A stretch of DNA of 64,000 nucleotides from positions 512,001 to 576,000 of the forward strand of contig CAWHAE010000016.1 of the NCBI GenBank assembly GCA_963827235.1, read 5' to 3'. Positions 33,808-44,034 of this stretch are shown here, piece after piece (positions within the stretch are counted from its first letter, which is position 1; every line of letters begins with the position of its first letter). A program made the position numbers and the translations under genes. The stretch is from an uncultured bacterium (lineage in GTDB: Bacteria; Chloroflexota; UBA5177; JANWHV01). The notes beneath the pieces are model-generated. The model saw only the letters and a list, made by a program, of their open reading frames with translations. It was not told where the DNA came from and ran no database searches.

Positions 33808-34788
33808 GTGGAGCCTCTCGTGAAGACATTCTGTCCATTCTGCGGCATCGCCAACGTGTCGGAAGCCGCGGTTTGCCGTGCATGCGGAACCCCACTGCCC
33901 TTGGCGGCTGACGGCGAGGCGCCGGTTACACAGAGCAGCAGCTTCCGCGCGGACGGACAGACATTCGAGGTCGGCGTGCCATACCCGGCACCGCCGACGA
34001 ATGGTTATGTGCCGCAGTCTGCCTGGCCGAATGCAGCCTCACCACAGTTGCCGTCGCGACAGACGCGCGGGTCCGGCGGACGGCCGGCCTGGGATCCGTC
34101 GAGCCGTCAAGCGCCACCCGTGTACGGCGGCTCTGTGACCCCGACCGGACCGTACAACGGGGCGTATCCGGCCCAGTACGTGCCTGTCCAGCAACCCTCC
34201 GTGAATATGTATCTCCCGGGAGACCCACGAGCCAGTGCCCAGTTTTCGGCTGGTGGTGGGGTGCTGCCCTCCGATCCGCGCTTTCCCGCGACGCCGCTTG
34301 CCGGGCCATATGCAGTCGCTCCCTACGGCGCCGGCGCTCCGCCGATGCAGTTTGCCACGGTGCCTGCCTATCTCCAGACCGGACAACCCGAGCTCGCCGA
34401 CTTCGGCATGAGGCTCGGGGCATTTCTGCTCGATGCGACGGCCCTGTCGGTACCCTGGTTCATCTTGATGGGATTGGCGGCGGCAACCGCCTCTACCACG
34501 CTGGCTGGGTTGACGCTCATGCTCATGTTCCTGGGACCGGCGCTGTACTTTGTGACTGCATGGGCGAACGGGGGCCAGACCCTCGGCTACCGCGCGCTCG
34601 GGCTCCGGCTTGTGCGCACGGATGGCTCTCGCCCGGGTGTCGGTTCAGCGATCGCGCGTTGCTTGGGCATATTCATCTGCCTGAGCATGCTGATACCGGG
34701 CGTCCTCGGTTTCATGTGGATGCTCTGGGACGATCGAAAGCAGACCCTGCACGACAAGATGAGCGACACGCTGGTCGTGAAGTCTTGA
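33808..34788 (+). CDS. RDD family membrane protein with N-terminal zinc ribbon and Pro-rich linker
   Basis: CPFCG..CRACG; LADFGMRLGAFLLD, GQTLG..GLRLV, QTLHDKM.DTLVV. Confidence 0.88.
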   Translation: MEPLVKTFCPFCGIANVSEAAVCRACGTPLPLAADGEAPVTQSSSFRADGQTFEVGVPYPAPPTNGYVPQSAWPNAASPQLPSRQTRGSGGRPAWDPSSRQAPPVYGGSVTPTGPYNGAYPAQYVPVQQPSVNMYLPGDPRASAQFSAGGGVLPSDPRFPATPLAGPYAVAPYGAGAPPMQFATVPAYLQTGQPELADFGMRLGAFLLDATALSVPWFILMGLAAATASTTLAGLTLMLMFLGPALYFVTAWANGGQTLGYRALGLRLVRTDGSRPGVGSAIARCLGIFICLSMLIPGVLGFMWMLWDDRKQTLHDKMSDTLVVKS

Positions 34789-34868
34789 GTGCAGCATAGT
34801 GCAGCGTGCGCCCGTGTCGGGTGGTTCCCCGCCATAGTGTTGTGCCTCCGAAAGCCAACCGCGGTCAT

Positions 34869-34898
34869 TTGACTGTCGACTTCGCCAAACCCTATGAT
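34869..34898 (+). promoter_or_regulatory. sigma70-type promoter of the ANTAR regulator
   Basis: TTGACT-18nt-TATGAT followed by a GGAGGTG RBS. Confidence 0.55.
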
Positions 34899-34921
34899 TC
34901 TGTTTAGGGAGGGAGGTGAGT

Positions 34922-35512
34922 ATGCCCAACTCGGCAACGCGCATCGTGATCGCGGATGACGAACCGCTCATTCGGATCGACTTGCGCGAGAACCTGGAAA
35001 GCCTTGGTTACGAGGTCGTGGGCGAGGCAGCCGACGGCAAACACGCCGTGGAAATGGCGCGGAAGCTGCGCCCAGACATCGTGATCATGGATATCAAAAT
35101 GCCGGAGATGACCGGTATCGAGGCATTACGCGTCCTCACGGAGGAGAACATCGCGCCCGTGCTGCTGTTGACGGCGTACGGCGAGGGCGATCTCGTCCAG
35201 CAAGCAAGTGACGCAGGCGCCGTTGCGTACCTGGTCAAACCCTACCGGCAGTCCGATCTGCAGCCGCATATCGAGGTCGCGCTGGCCCGATTTAGCGAGC
35301 TGAGAACGCTTAGAACCGAGTTGGATGACGTTCGGGAGGCGCTGAACGTGAGGAAGCTTGTCGAACGCGCCAAGGGCCTCCTCATGGAGACGCAGGGGCT
35401 AAAGGAAGCCGAAGCGTTTCGCCGTATTCAGAAGCTCAGCATGGACACGCGTAAGTCCATGAAGGAAGTGGCCGAGGCAATCTTGCTCGCCCACCAGGCC
35501 ACGAAGTCCTGA
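34922..35512 (+). CDS. ANTAR-domain response regulator (PdtaR/NitR-like RNA-binding antiterminator)
   Basis: REC domain (IADDE, MDIKMP, VKP) plus ANTAR RKLVERAKGLLM..GLKEAEAFRRIQKLSMD.R.SMKEVAEAI. Confidence 0.95.
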   Translation: MPNSATRIVIADDEPLIRIDLRENLESLGYEVVGEAADGKHAVEMARKLRPDIVIMDIKMPEMTGIEALRVLTEENIAPVLLLTAYGEGDLVQQASDAGAVAYLVKPYRQSDLQPHIEVALARFSELRTLRTELDDVREALNVRKLVERAKGLLMETQGLKEAEAFRRIQKLSMDTRKSMKEVAEAILLAHQATKS

Positions 35513-35556
35513 CATCTGCCCGGGCGGTCGGGCCTGCTGTAGACACGACTCCCTCG

Positions 35557-35691
35557 GGTTACCGCCAGCCGCATCCACACCGGGCACGCTGCCAAGGAAG
35601 GCGCGATGCCCGAATGCGAGTAACCGCGCATCGTAGCGCATCCTCCGCCGACGCAGGCACAGCCACGACGAGCAGCGCTGCCCTGTTTATT
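35557..35691 (+). promoter_or_regulatory. structured glnA leader with ANTAR-type hairpin
   Basis: Nested stem GGTTAC/GTAACC, CGCAT/ATGCG, CGGGCA/TGCCCG, GCC-AAGGAA-GGC; second GCC-GACGCA-GGC hairpin; downstream CAGG/CCTG stem with TTTATT. Confidence 0.5.
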
Positions 35692-35718
35692 GCGCAGTTA
35701 CTTGGTGGAGGAGACTGA

Positions 35719-37149
35719 ATGACACCCAGCGAGGTGCTCAAATACGCCGAGGAGAACGGAGTACGGTTCGTCGATCTGAAGTTCACCGATCTTCCTGGTA
35801 CCTGGCAACACTTCACAACCCCGATTAGCGAGCTCGAGGAAGAGACCTTTACCGAGGGCCTCGGCTTCGACGGGTCCAGCATCCGCGGATTCCAGGAGAT
35901 CAACGAGAGCGATATGCTCGTGATTCCCGATCCGTTGAGTGCCCACCTCGATCCCTTCACCGCCGTCCCTACCCTGAGCCTGATCTGCGATATCGCCGAT
36001 CCGCTGACCAAGCAGCCCTATTCGCGTGACCCACGTTACATCGCGAAGAAGGCTGAGGCCGTGGTGAAGAAGCTGGGTTTCGCCGACGCGGCGTTCTTCG
36101 GCCCCGAAGCTGAGTTCTTCATCTTCGACGACGTCCGCTACTCGTCGGCCCCCGACTACACGTTCTTCGCGGTCGACGCGGAGGAGTCGCACTGGAACAC
36201 CTCGCGCGACGAAGGTCCCAACCTCTCCAACAAGATTCGCCCCAAGGAAGGCTACTTCCCCGTAGCGCCTCAGGATAAGCTCGGAGACGTGCGAGGCGAG
36301 ATGGTTCTCACCATGATCGACTCCTTCGGCATCGCCGTGGAAACCCACCACCACGAGGTGGCGGCGCCGGGCCAGGCCGAAATCGACATGCGCTTCGACA
36401 CGCTCGTCAAGATGGCCGACAACCTGATGACCTACAAATACGTGGTGAAGAACGTCGCCAAGCGACATGGCAAAGTTGCCACCTTCATGCCGAAGCCGCT
36501 CTACGGAGACAACGGTTCGGGCATGCACGTGCACCAGAGCCTCTGGAAGGAAGGCAAGCCGCTTTTTGCCGACCCTGCCGGTTACGCGGGACTGAGCAAG
36601 CTTGCCCTGCAGTATATCGGCGGTCTGCTCATGCACGCGCCGGCTATTCTCGCCTTCGCAGCTCCGACCACCAATTCGTACCGGCGGCTCGTGCCGGGCT
36701 TCGAAGCACCCGTGAATCTCGTGTACTCAGCGCGAAATCGCAGCGCCGCCGTACGCATTCCCATGTACTCGGCCAACCCCAAGGCGAAGCGCATCGAGTT
36801 CCGACCTCCGGACCCGGCAGCGAACCCGTACCTGACCTTCGCGGCCCTGCTGTGTGCCGGCCTCGACGGAATACGTAAGGGTATCGATCCGACAAAGGAG
36901 GGCTTCGGCCCGCTGGATCGCAACATCTACGAGCTCTCGGCCGAGGAATACGAGTCTATCCGCTCGGTGCCCGGCAGTCTCGACGAGGCGCTGGCAGCGC
37001 TGCAGGAGGATAACGAGTTCCTGGTTGCCGACGGCGTCTTCACGGAGGACGTGATCGACACCTGGATCAATTACAAGCGCACCACCGAGGCGGATGAGGT
37101 CAGGCTGCGGCCCACTCCCCACGAGTACTACTTGTATTTCGACGTCTGA
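35719..37149 (+). CDS. glnA: glutamine synthetase type I
   Basis: [38 protein letters not shown]; NIYEL adenylylation-site tyrosine. Confidence 0.98.
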   Translation: MTPSEVLKYAEENGVRFVDLKFTDLPGTWQHFTTPISELEEETFTEGLGFDGSSIRGFQEINESDMLVIPDPLSAHLDPFTAVPTLSLICDIADPLTKQPYSRDPRYIAKKAEAVVKKLGFADAAFFGPEAEFFIFDDVRYSSAPDYTFFAVDAEESHWNTSRDEGPNLSNKIRPKEGYFPVAPQDKLGDVRGEMVLTMIDSFGIAVETHHHEVAAPGQAEIDMRFDTLVKMADNLMTYKYVVKNVAKRHGKVATFMPKPLYGDNGSGMHVHQSLWKEGKPLFADPAGYAGLSKLALQYIGGLLMHAPAILAFAAPTTNSYRRLVPGFEAPVNLVYSARNRSAAVRIPMYSANPKAKRIEFRPPDPAANPYLTFAALLCAGLDGIRKGIDPTKEGFGPLDRNIYELSAEEYESIRSVPGSLDEALAALQEDNEFLVADGVFTEDVIDTWINYKRTTEADEVRLRPTPHEYYLYFDV

Positions 37150-37215
37150 GCCGCGGACCTTGCCGCCGGTCGGCACCACGGGTTGCCCGGTGGCTCGCGA
37201 CATGACGTAGAAGAA

Positions 37216-37246
37216 TATGCCCGCCGCCCAATGGGCGGCGGGCATA
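37216..37246. terminator. inverted repeat between convergent genes (likely bidirectional terminator)
   Basis: TATGCCCGCCGCCCA-A-TGGGCGGCGGGCATA. Confidence 0.75.
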
Positions 37247-37309
37247 CGTTTCTGCACCGGCTTCGGCGGGAACCAGCACGACCCTACCCGACCGGGCGCC
37301 GGGCTGCCG

Positions 37310-37936
37310 TCAATGGTCTGTCGCGCGAGCGTCCAGCTCCTCCTGCGAGGGTGCCGCCTCAGGCTCCGCTGGCTTGCCGGCAGACGCGGAAGCGTTCTGG
37401 TCCGGATGGGCAGGGCCGCTGCCAGACTCGTCGTGCTTCACTTCGATCCAGTTCTCCTCGCCAAAGTCTTCGTCGTCGTCGCCACCCCGTTGCGTGAAGT
37501 AGGCGATCACGGCGCCGACGATCAGCCCGAACACAAGGAAGCGGAAGAATCCACCACCCGACCGTTTCGCGGCGGGCTTCTCGCCGAGGGATTCGGCAAC
37601 CGTTTCGGCGGCCTCGGCCACGGCGGACTTCGCGGCAGCGATCGGCTCCCCAGCGCTCGCCGCGACCGACTTCGCCGCGGCCGCTATCTGATCTGCGGCG
37701 GCCTGCGCAACGACCACGGGCTCAGCGTGCTTGGCCCCCACGATAGCCTGCTCGGCCAGGGTCTTCGCGGTCTCGATCAACTGCAGCAAGGACTGTTGCA
37801 CCAATTGCTGCACCGCATCCTTCGTCGCATCGGAGATCTGCTGCGCGGCATCCTTTACCGTGTCCTTCACAGTCTCGCGAATCTCCTCTAGATCTGGCAC
37901 TCGTTCATTCCTCTCTGCTACGGCAGCACCAGGCAC
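37310..37936 (-). CDS. hypothetical Ala-rich membrane-anchored protein
   Basis: Helical Ala/Lys repeats, one TM (FFRFLVFGLIVGAVIAYF), acidic tail; true start may be about 37898. Confidence 0.7.
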   Translation of the reverse strand: MPGAAVAERNERVPDLEEIRETVKDTVKDAAQQISDATKDAVQQLVQQSLLQLIETAKTLAEQAIVGAKHAEPVVVAQAAADQIAAAAKSVAASAGEPIAAAKSAVAEAAETVAESLGEKPAAKRSGGGFFRFLVFGLIVGAVIAYFTQRGGDDDEDFGEENWIEVKHDESGSGPAHPDQNASASAGKPAEPEAAPSQEELDARATDH

Positions 37937-38134
37937 GATACATGGTGACTGTAACGCATAATCGGGTTCTCAGGAACTTTCCTCTATTCTACTATGACAG
38001 AGGCGGCGGCTAGGGCACGCCCGCGATCGCGAATGTAGCAACCGCGACTTGCAGTGAAGCGGTAACCGCGCGATTATGAGCGTGGCAGGTGGTCGTTGAA
38101 AGACTGCCGGATCATCCGGCAGAGGGGTTACGTG

Positions 38135-38305
38135 ATGAACCGGTTCGTGATAGGCATCGTAGCCGTACTGGTCGCCGTCTGGCTGATCTTCGCCGTGTTC
38201 AACGCGGTCAAGGGCCTCATTCACCTGGCGCTCGTTATTGCCATTCTCCTGATCGCCTACAACCTTCTGATGAGTCTCAGGAGCCGCTGGAACGACCCCG
38301 ACTGA
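38135..38305 (+). CDS. small two-TM membrane protein (lmo0937-like)
   Basis: AGAGGGG RBS; GLIHLALVIAILLIAYNLL pattern. Confidence 0.65.
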   Translation: MNRFVIGIVAVLVAVWLIFAVFNAVKGLIHLALVIAILLIAYNLLMSLRSRWNDPD

Positions 38306-38645
38306 ACGGCCGACCTGCGTGTGAGCGAGCTGACGAGATTCGCGGCGTACCGCTAGCGCGAGCCTCTCGCCCCATTCGCTATGGCGGACGCAGCGGGCAG
38401 GATGCGCACGGTCCTCTGATCGGGCACGTCGCCGTTCCTCCTCGCGATTGGCCGGCCGTATCGATCTCCGGATTCCGTTCTGCACGTTGGCGTACCTGCA
38501 ACGTGTGCTCCCGGTCATCGGCCCGCGATTCTTGACCCGCCGCCAGTGCCGGCACTGACATGCCTGACGCGGCCTCCCTCGATGTAGGAGAACAGGTCGC
38601 CGCCCGAACCCACCAGTCGGCGCAGTGCACCTGTGCACCGTGCCG

Positions 38646-38674
38646 ATGACGCGCTCGGGCCGGGCCGCTATACT
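38646..38674 (+). promoter_or_regulatory. candidate promoter of the pur operon
   Basis: ATGACG-17nt-TATACT. Confidence 0.45.
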
Positions 38675-38753
38675 CAGATGTGTCCCTCTGTTCGGCGCTG
38701 CATCTTGGGGCGTCGTGTGTCGCCGCAGGCCAGCGAAATGAACCGGAGTTGAG

Positions 38754-40256
38754 GTGCTTGGCTCGAGTTCAGCTAGTCAGCAACCTTCCCCGCCTGCCAG
38801 GTCAGACATTCCTTCAGTACCGGTGACCGCCATCGAGCACTCGACACCTGCCTCGGACAGTCCGCGCGAGGCGTGCGGCGTGTTCGGCATCATCGCTCCC
38901 GGCGCCGACGTGGCTCGCGCTGCATACTATGGCCTCTATACGCTGCAGCACCGGGGCCAGGAGAGTGCCGGGATCGCCGTGGCGGATGGCAGGTCGATTC
39001 GACTTCGGCGCGAGATGGGTTTGGTATCCCAGGTATTCAACGACGCTGAGCTCAATGACCTGCGAGGCGATCTTGCTGTTGGCCACTGCCGCTACTCGAC
39101 GACGGGAGCAAGCCAGCTGGCCAATGCGCAGCCGATCGTGGTAATTGACGCCCCGGGGTCGCCGCAGGCCGGAGAGCCGCTGGCAATCGCGCACAATGGC
39201 AACCTGGTCAACGTCGACACTATACAGGCCCAGCTCGCTGAGTCCGGCGTGCGGTTCCAATCTACGAGCGACAGCGAAGTGATCATCCAGCTCGTTAGAA
39301 TGACGAGCGGCCGTACGTGGCTCGAGCGCATTGCGCGCGCACTGTCCACGCTCTCCGGCGCATTCAGCCTGGTGTTCGCTTCGCGTACCGACCTCTATGC
39401 CGCGCGGGACCGATGGGGCATTCGCCCGCTCTGCCTCGGCAAGCTGGAAGGAGGCTGGGCTGTGGCATCGGAGTCCTGCGCGCTGGACGCCGTGGGCGCT
39501 GAGCTCGTGCGCGAGCTCCTGCCCGGCGAGGTGCTGAGAATAGGGCGAGACGGGCCGGAGTCGGTTCAGTATGCCGAATCGTCGCCCCACCTGTGCTCAT
39601 TCGAATTCATCTACTTCGCTCGTCCCGACAGCGTGATCGAGGGACGCAGCGTGCATAGCGCCCGCGTCGCTCTGGGACGGCAGCTGGCCATCGAGCATCC
39701 CGTGGATGGTGATATGGTCATGCCCGTCCCGGAGTCGGGAATCCCGATGGCGGTCGGCTACGCCAGGCAGTCGCGTATCCCCTACGGCGATGGGCTGGTG
39801 AAGAACCGCTACATCGGCCGCACCTTCATCTCTCCCACGCAGCTCGAGCGCAACCGCGGCATTCACCTCAAGTTCAACCCGTTGAGCGGCGAGCTCCGCG
39901 ACAAGCGGCTGATCGTGATCGAGGACTCGCTGATACGCGGCACCACCAGCCGCCCGTTGGTGGCCATGCTGCGCCGGGCGGGAGCCCGCGAGGTTCACCT
40001 ACGCATCGCGTCGCCGCCTTACCGTTATCCGTGTCACCTGGGCATGGACACGAGTCGCCGCTCGGAGCTGATCGCCGCCAACCACACGCACCAAGAGATT
40101 CTCGAGTACACGGGCGCCGACTCGCTGGAGTACCTGAGCATCGACGGGCTGATCGCGGCCGTGGGCCGTCACGAGGCGCATTCGTGCCGCGCGTGCATGG
40201 ACGGGCGGTATCCTATGCCCGTGCAACCTGAGCTCGAGGCCGCGGCGACATCGTAG
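38754..40256 (+). CDS. purF: amidophosphoribosyltransferase
   Basis: Propeptide then E.CGVFG, LQHRGQESAG, HNGNL, EFIYFARPDS, EDSLIRGTT, CRAC Fe-S ligands. Confidence 0.97.
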   Translation: MLGSSSASQQPSPPARSDIPSVPVTAIEHSTPASDSPREACGVFGIIAPGADVARAAYYGLYTLQHRGQESAGIAVADGRSIRLRREMGLVSQVFNDAELNDLRGDLAVGHCRYSTTGASQLANAQPIVVIDAPGSPQAGEPLAIAHNGNLVNVDTIQAQLAESGVRFQSTSDSEVIIQLVRMTSGRTWLERIARALSTLSGAFSLVFASRTDLYAARDRWGIRPLCLGKLEGGWAVASESCALDAVGAELVRELLPGEVLRIGRDGPESVQYAESSPHLCSFEFIYFARPDSVIEGRSVHSARVALGRQLAIEHPVDGDMVMPVPESGIPMAVGYARQSRIPYGDGLVKNRYIGRTFISPTQLERNRGIHLKFNPLSGELRDKRLIVIEDSLIRGTTSRPLVAMLRRAGAREVHLRIASPPYRYPCHLGMDTSRRSELIAANHTHQEILEYTGADSLEYLSIDGLIAAVGRHEAHSCRACMDGRYPMPVQPELEAAATS

Positions 40257-40287
40257 CGGCCAACACTCGAAGGCAGAAGGAGGATCC

Positions 40288-40647
40288 ATGGACCTCGCGG
40301 ATATTCTCGCAACTATGGTGGCCGACGAAGGCCTTTCGGTGGCACTCATCGTGGGCGGCGACGGAATCCTGGTCGAGGGAGAGTGCCGTGACGGCATCGA
40401 TCTGCCCTCGATCGCGGCCCTGGCCAGCAGATCTCTGAACGACCTCCACCATCTTGCCCGCACCTTGAATGCCGGCGCCACGCGCCGCATGCGACTGCGC
40501 TTCGACCGCTACGAGCTGCTGATCGAGACATTGACAGACACGGACATCCTGGTAGCGGGTGTGTCCAGCGCCTCGGCGGGAGAACGGCTGATGGAGGCCA
40601 CCGCCCGATTCCGCACAGATCTGCGCAAGATGCTGAGTGAGCTCTAG
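40288..40647 (+). CDS. roadblock/LC7 (MglB-like) domain protein
   Basis: ALIVGGDGILV, IAALAS, 119 aa roadblock topology; AGGAGG RBS. Confidence 0.85.
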   Translation: MDLADILATMVADEGLSVALIVGGDGILVEGECRDGIDLPSIAALASRSLNDLHHLARTLNAGATRRMRLRFDRYELLIETLTDTDILVAGVSSASAGERLMEATARFRTDLRKMLSEL

Positions 40648-41712
40648 ATGCCCGACAACGTGGTGCACCCAAGCGGGGACCGGGAAGCACCCCGCTCGGC
40701 CGCCGTGCGATCCTATGCCGAGGCCGGCGTGGATATCGACGCGGGCGAGCGGGCCGTAGCCCTGATGCGCCCGTCGATCGTGGCGGCGCAGGGCCTCGTC
40801 AACGCCTTCGGCGCCTTCGGTGCCGCGGTGTCGTCGCCGGGAAGCTCGATGCTGCTCGTCTCCAGTGCGGATGGCGTAGGCACCAAGCTCTGTCTGGCGC
40901 GCGAGGACCCGGAGTTTGCCGGCCTCGGACGCGACCTGGTGCATCATTGTATCAACGACATCTTGACGTGCGGAGCCGCTCCCCTGTTCTTTCTGGACTA
41001 CCTGGCCTTCGGCAAACTGCATCCCGAGCGTGCCGCCGCCATTGTGAGCGGCATGGCACAGGCGTGTACCGCGCACGGCGCGGCGCTGGTAGGCGGGGAG
41101 ACGGCAGAGCTGCCGGACATCTACCGCGAGGATGCCTTCGACATCGCAGGCTTCATCGTGGGCTCGGTGGCCAGGGATATGCTGATCGACGGCTCGCGCA
41201 TTCGTGCCGGCCACACGCTCCTCGGCTTGCGCTCTACCGGCCTTCACACCAACGGCTACAGCCTTGCCAGGACTCTCTTGCAGGACAGGCTGGATGAGCA
41301 GATCTCGCCGCCTGCCGGAGGTGGGCAGTGTTCGACCATTCGCGAGGCGCTTCTGGCGGAACATCCGTGCTACCTGGAGAATCTCACTCCGTTGCTCGAC
41401 GGCGGCTTCGTGCTGGGTCTCGCGCACATTACCGGTGGCGGGCTTCCCGGCAACGTGCCGCGTATGCTGCCCCGCGGCCTCGTCGCGCACTTCGATCCTC
41501 AGTCATGGACAGCTCCACCGATCTTCGCCGTCCTGAGGGAGTACGACCTCGCGGCCGGCGAGCTGTACAGGACGTTCAACATGGGACTCGGCATGGTCAT
41601 CGCCTGCGACAGCGATCATGTGAACGACGTGCTTGCGATGCTGCCCACGGCGTCGATAGTGGGCAGCGTGCGGGAAGACAGCGGACTTGGCCGCGTGGTA
41701 GGGCTGTACTGA
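40648..41712 (+). CDS. purM: phosphoribosylformylglycinamidine cyclo-ligase
   Basis: YAEAGVDI, DGVGTK, GGETAE, GLHTNGYSL, HITGGG, TFNMG. Confidence 0.97.
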   Translation: MPDNVVHPSGDREAPRSAAVRSYAEAGVDIDAGERAVALMRPSIVAAQGLVNAFGAFGAAVSSPGSSMLLVSSADGVGTKLCLAREDPEFAGLGRDLVHHCINDILTCGAAPLFFLDYLAFGKLHPERAAAIVSGMAQACTAHGAALVGGETAELPDIYREDAFDIAGFIVGSVARDMLIDGSRIRAGHTLLGLRSTGLHTNGYSLARTLLQDRLDEQISPPAGGGQCSTIREALLAEHPCYLENLTPLLDGGFVLGLAHITGGGLPGNVPRMLPRGLVAHFDPQSWTAPPIFAVLREYDLAAGELYRTFNMGLGMVIACDSDHVNDVLAMLPTASIVGSVREDSGLGRVVGLY

Positions 41713-42353
41713 TGCGCATAGGCGTATTGATATCTGGTCGGGGAAGCAATCTCCAGGCGCTGCTTGTCGCCTTCCCCCCCGGGCACGAATGGGTACATAT
41801 CAGTTGCGTGGTCACGAACCGCCCGGAGTGCGCCGGACTGCAATACGCTCGCGCTGCCGGTGTCCCGGTGTACACGTGCCCTCGTGCTTCGTACACAAGC
41901 CGGCAGGCCCAGCAGACGGCAATGGCACAGGCGCTACACGCAGAAGGCGTGCAACTGGTGGTACTGGCAGGCTTCGACCAGATCGTGGCAGAGACGCTCC
42001 TGAGGCCGTTCGAGGGACGCATTATCAACATCCATCCTTCGCTGCTACCTGCCTTCGCCGGTACGCTGCATGCCCAGCGCGAGGCGCTTGCATACGGTGT
42101 GAAGGTGAGCGGCTGCACGGTACACTACGTCAACGAGGACATCGACGCAGGTCCGATTGTTGCCCAGGCTGTAGTACCGGTATTCGCCGCGGATACTGAG
42201 GAGAGCCTGGCAAGCCGCATTCTCGAGCAGGAGCATTGCTTGCTGCCGAATGTCGTGGGGTGGATCGCCGAAGGTCGCGTATGCGTCAAAGGTCGGCGGG
42301 TGCAAATTTCGGAGGGGAATGCCAATGAGAGCCTTGCTGAGCGTCTACGATAA
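41712..42353 (+). CDS. purN: phosphoribosylglycinamide formyltransferase
   Basis: ISGRGSNLQAL, INIHPSLLP, GCTVHYV..DAGPI; start overlaps the purM stop (TGATG). Confidence 0.96.
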   Translation: MRIGVLISGRGSNLQALLVAFPPGHEWVHISCVVTNRPECAGLQYARAAGVPVYTCPRASYTSRQAQQTAMAQALHAEGVQLVVLAGFDQIVAETLLRPFEGRIINIHPSLLPAFAGTLHAQREALAYGVKVSGCTVHYVNEDIDAGPIVAQAVVPVFAADTEESLASRILEQEHCLLPNVVGWIAEGRVCVKGRRVQISEGNANESLAERLR

Positions 42354-43923
42354 ATCGGGCCTTGTGGAATTCGCCAAGGAGCTTCATACTCTCGGCATCG
42401 AGCTGTTCTCAACCGGCAAGACGTATCAGACGCTGCACGACGAGGCGATTCCGGTATCCACGGTCGCCGAACTCACCGGCGCTGAAGAGATACTCGGCGG
42501 ACGTGTCAAGACGCTCCATCCCGTAGTGCATGCCGGCCTCCTGGCCGATCGAGAGAATCCCGAACACCTGGCGACCCTCACCGCGATGAACATCAGTCCG
42601 ATCGACCTCATCGTGGTCAACCTCTACCCATTCGTGCAGACCGTGATCGAAGGGCCTGTCGAGCTGCAGGCGGCAATGGAACAGGTGGACATCGGTGGTG
42701 TCACCCTGATCAGGGCTGCCGCCAAGAACCACAAGCACGTCCTGGTGGTGACCGATCCTGTCGACTACGACGCCGTGCTTACTGAGCTGAGACACAGGTT
42801 GTCCGGCGCGCCGGCGGACGACGCCGACGAGGAGCAGCCCATCGGCCTGCGGCTGGCAGCCAAAGCCTTCGGCTATACGGCGGCCTATGACGCCTACATC
42901 GCCGCGTACCTGGTCCATCGGCTGGGCGCCGACTTCCCCGAGCAGCTCAGCCTGCCGATGCGAAAGGTGCGGGACCTCCGTTATGGCGAGAACCCGCACC
43001 AGAACGCGGCCTTCTACACCACCGTTCCCACCACCAGCGAGCTGGGATTGCGGACACTGGCCACCGCCCGGCAGTTGCACGGGCGCGAACTGTCTTTCAA
43101 CAATCTGCTGGATCTTGATGCCGCCTGGACCGTAGCGCGCGACTTCCAGCAGGCGCCGTGCGTCGTGATCATCAAACACACCAATCCCTGCGGCCTCGCA
43201 TGCCACACCGACCTGACCGAGGCGTACCGCCGCGCCCATGCCGGCGATCCCCAGGCGGCCTACGGGGGCATAATCGGTATCAACAGGATCGTGGACGGTG
43301 CCACGGCGCAGGAGATTAGCGCCGTTTTCTACGAGGCCATCGTGGCCCCCGATTTCAGTCCCGAAGCCCTGGCGATCCTGGAGAAGAAGCGTGACCTTCG
43401 CCTGATCGCCATGGGCGAGCGTTCGGCGCCCCGCAAGGGTGAGTTCACATGGCTGCCCGACGATCGGCTGGACTTCAAACGGGTCACGGGGGGCTTTGTG
43501 GTCCAGGACCGCCAGCCGAGTACCGAGGACCCCGAGATCAAGCTCCATGTGGTAACCAAGCGGCAGCCGACGCTCGAAGAGATAACTGACCTCCGCTTCG
43601 CATGGCGCGCAGTCAAGCACGTGAAGTCCAACGCCATCGTGCTGGCGCATCACCTGACGGTGATCGGCGTCGGCGCCGGCCAGATGAAGCGCGTGGATAG
43701 CGTCGAGCTCGCCGTGCGCCATGCCAAGGAGCGCGCGCGGAACAGCGTGCTCGCCTCCGACGCCTACTTTCCTTTTTCCGATGGTGTACAGCGGGCGATC
43801 GAGGCAGGCATCACCGCGATCATCCAGCCTGGCGGATCGATCCGCGACGAGGAGTCAATCAAAGTCGCCGACAATCACGGCATCGCCATGGTGTTCACCA
43901 AGGTCCGGCACTTCCGGCACTGA
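42325..43923 (+). CDS. purH: bifunctional AICAR transformylase/IMP cyclohydrolase
   Basis: [49 protein letters not shown]. Confidence 0.97.
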   Translation: MRALLSVYDKSGLVEFAKELHTLGIELFSTGKTYQTLHDEAIPVSTVAELTGAEEILGGRVKTLHPVVHAGLLADRENPEHLATLTAMNISPIDLIVVNLYPFVQTVIEGPVELQAAMEQVDIGGVTLIRAAAKNHKHVLVVTDPVDYDAVLTELRHRLSGAPADDADEEQPIGLRLAAKAFGYTAAYDAYIAAYLVHRLGADFPEQLSLPMRKVRDLRYGENPHQNAAFYTTVPTTSELGLRTLATARQLHGRELSFNNLLDLDAAWTVARDFQQAPCVVIIKHTNPCGLACHTDLTEAYRRAHAGDPQAAYGGIIGINRIVDGATAQEISAVFYEAIVAPDFSPEALAILEKKRDLRLIAMGERSAPRKGEFTWLPDDRLDFKRVTGGFVVQDRQPSTEDPEIKLHVVTKRQPTLEEITDLRFAWRAVKHVKSNAIVLAHHLTVIGVGAGQMKRVDSVELAVRHAKERARNSVLASDAYFPFSDGVQRAIEAGITAIIQPGGSIRDEESIKVADNHGIAMVFTKVRHFRH

Positions 43924-44034
43924 GGTCGTCGTGGCTTGCCGGCTTACCAGCGCCAGCGACTGGGCATACTCAGCTGGATGTATGCCGGGGACGCACATCC
44001 GAATGCGCGCCTGAAGCACAGAGAAGGGAACGAT

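Noticed and set aside
38306-38753. Purine-related riboswitch (ZTP, purine, PRPP) upstream of purF
   Set aside because: No recognisable consensus; the candidate promoter leaves only a short leader
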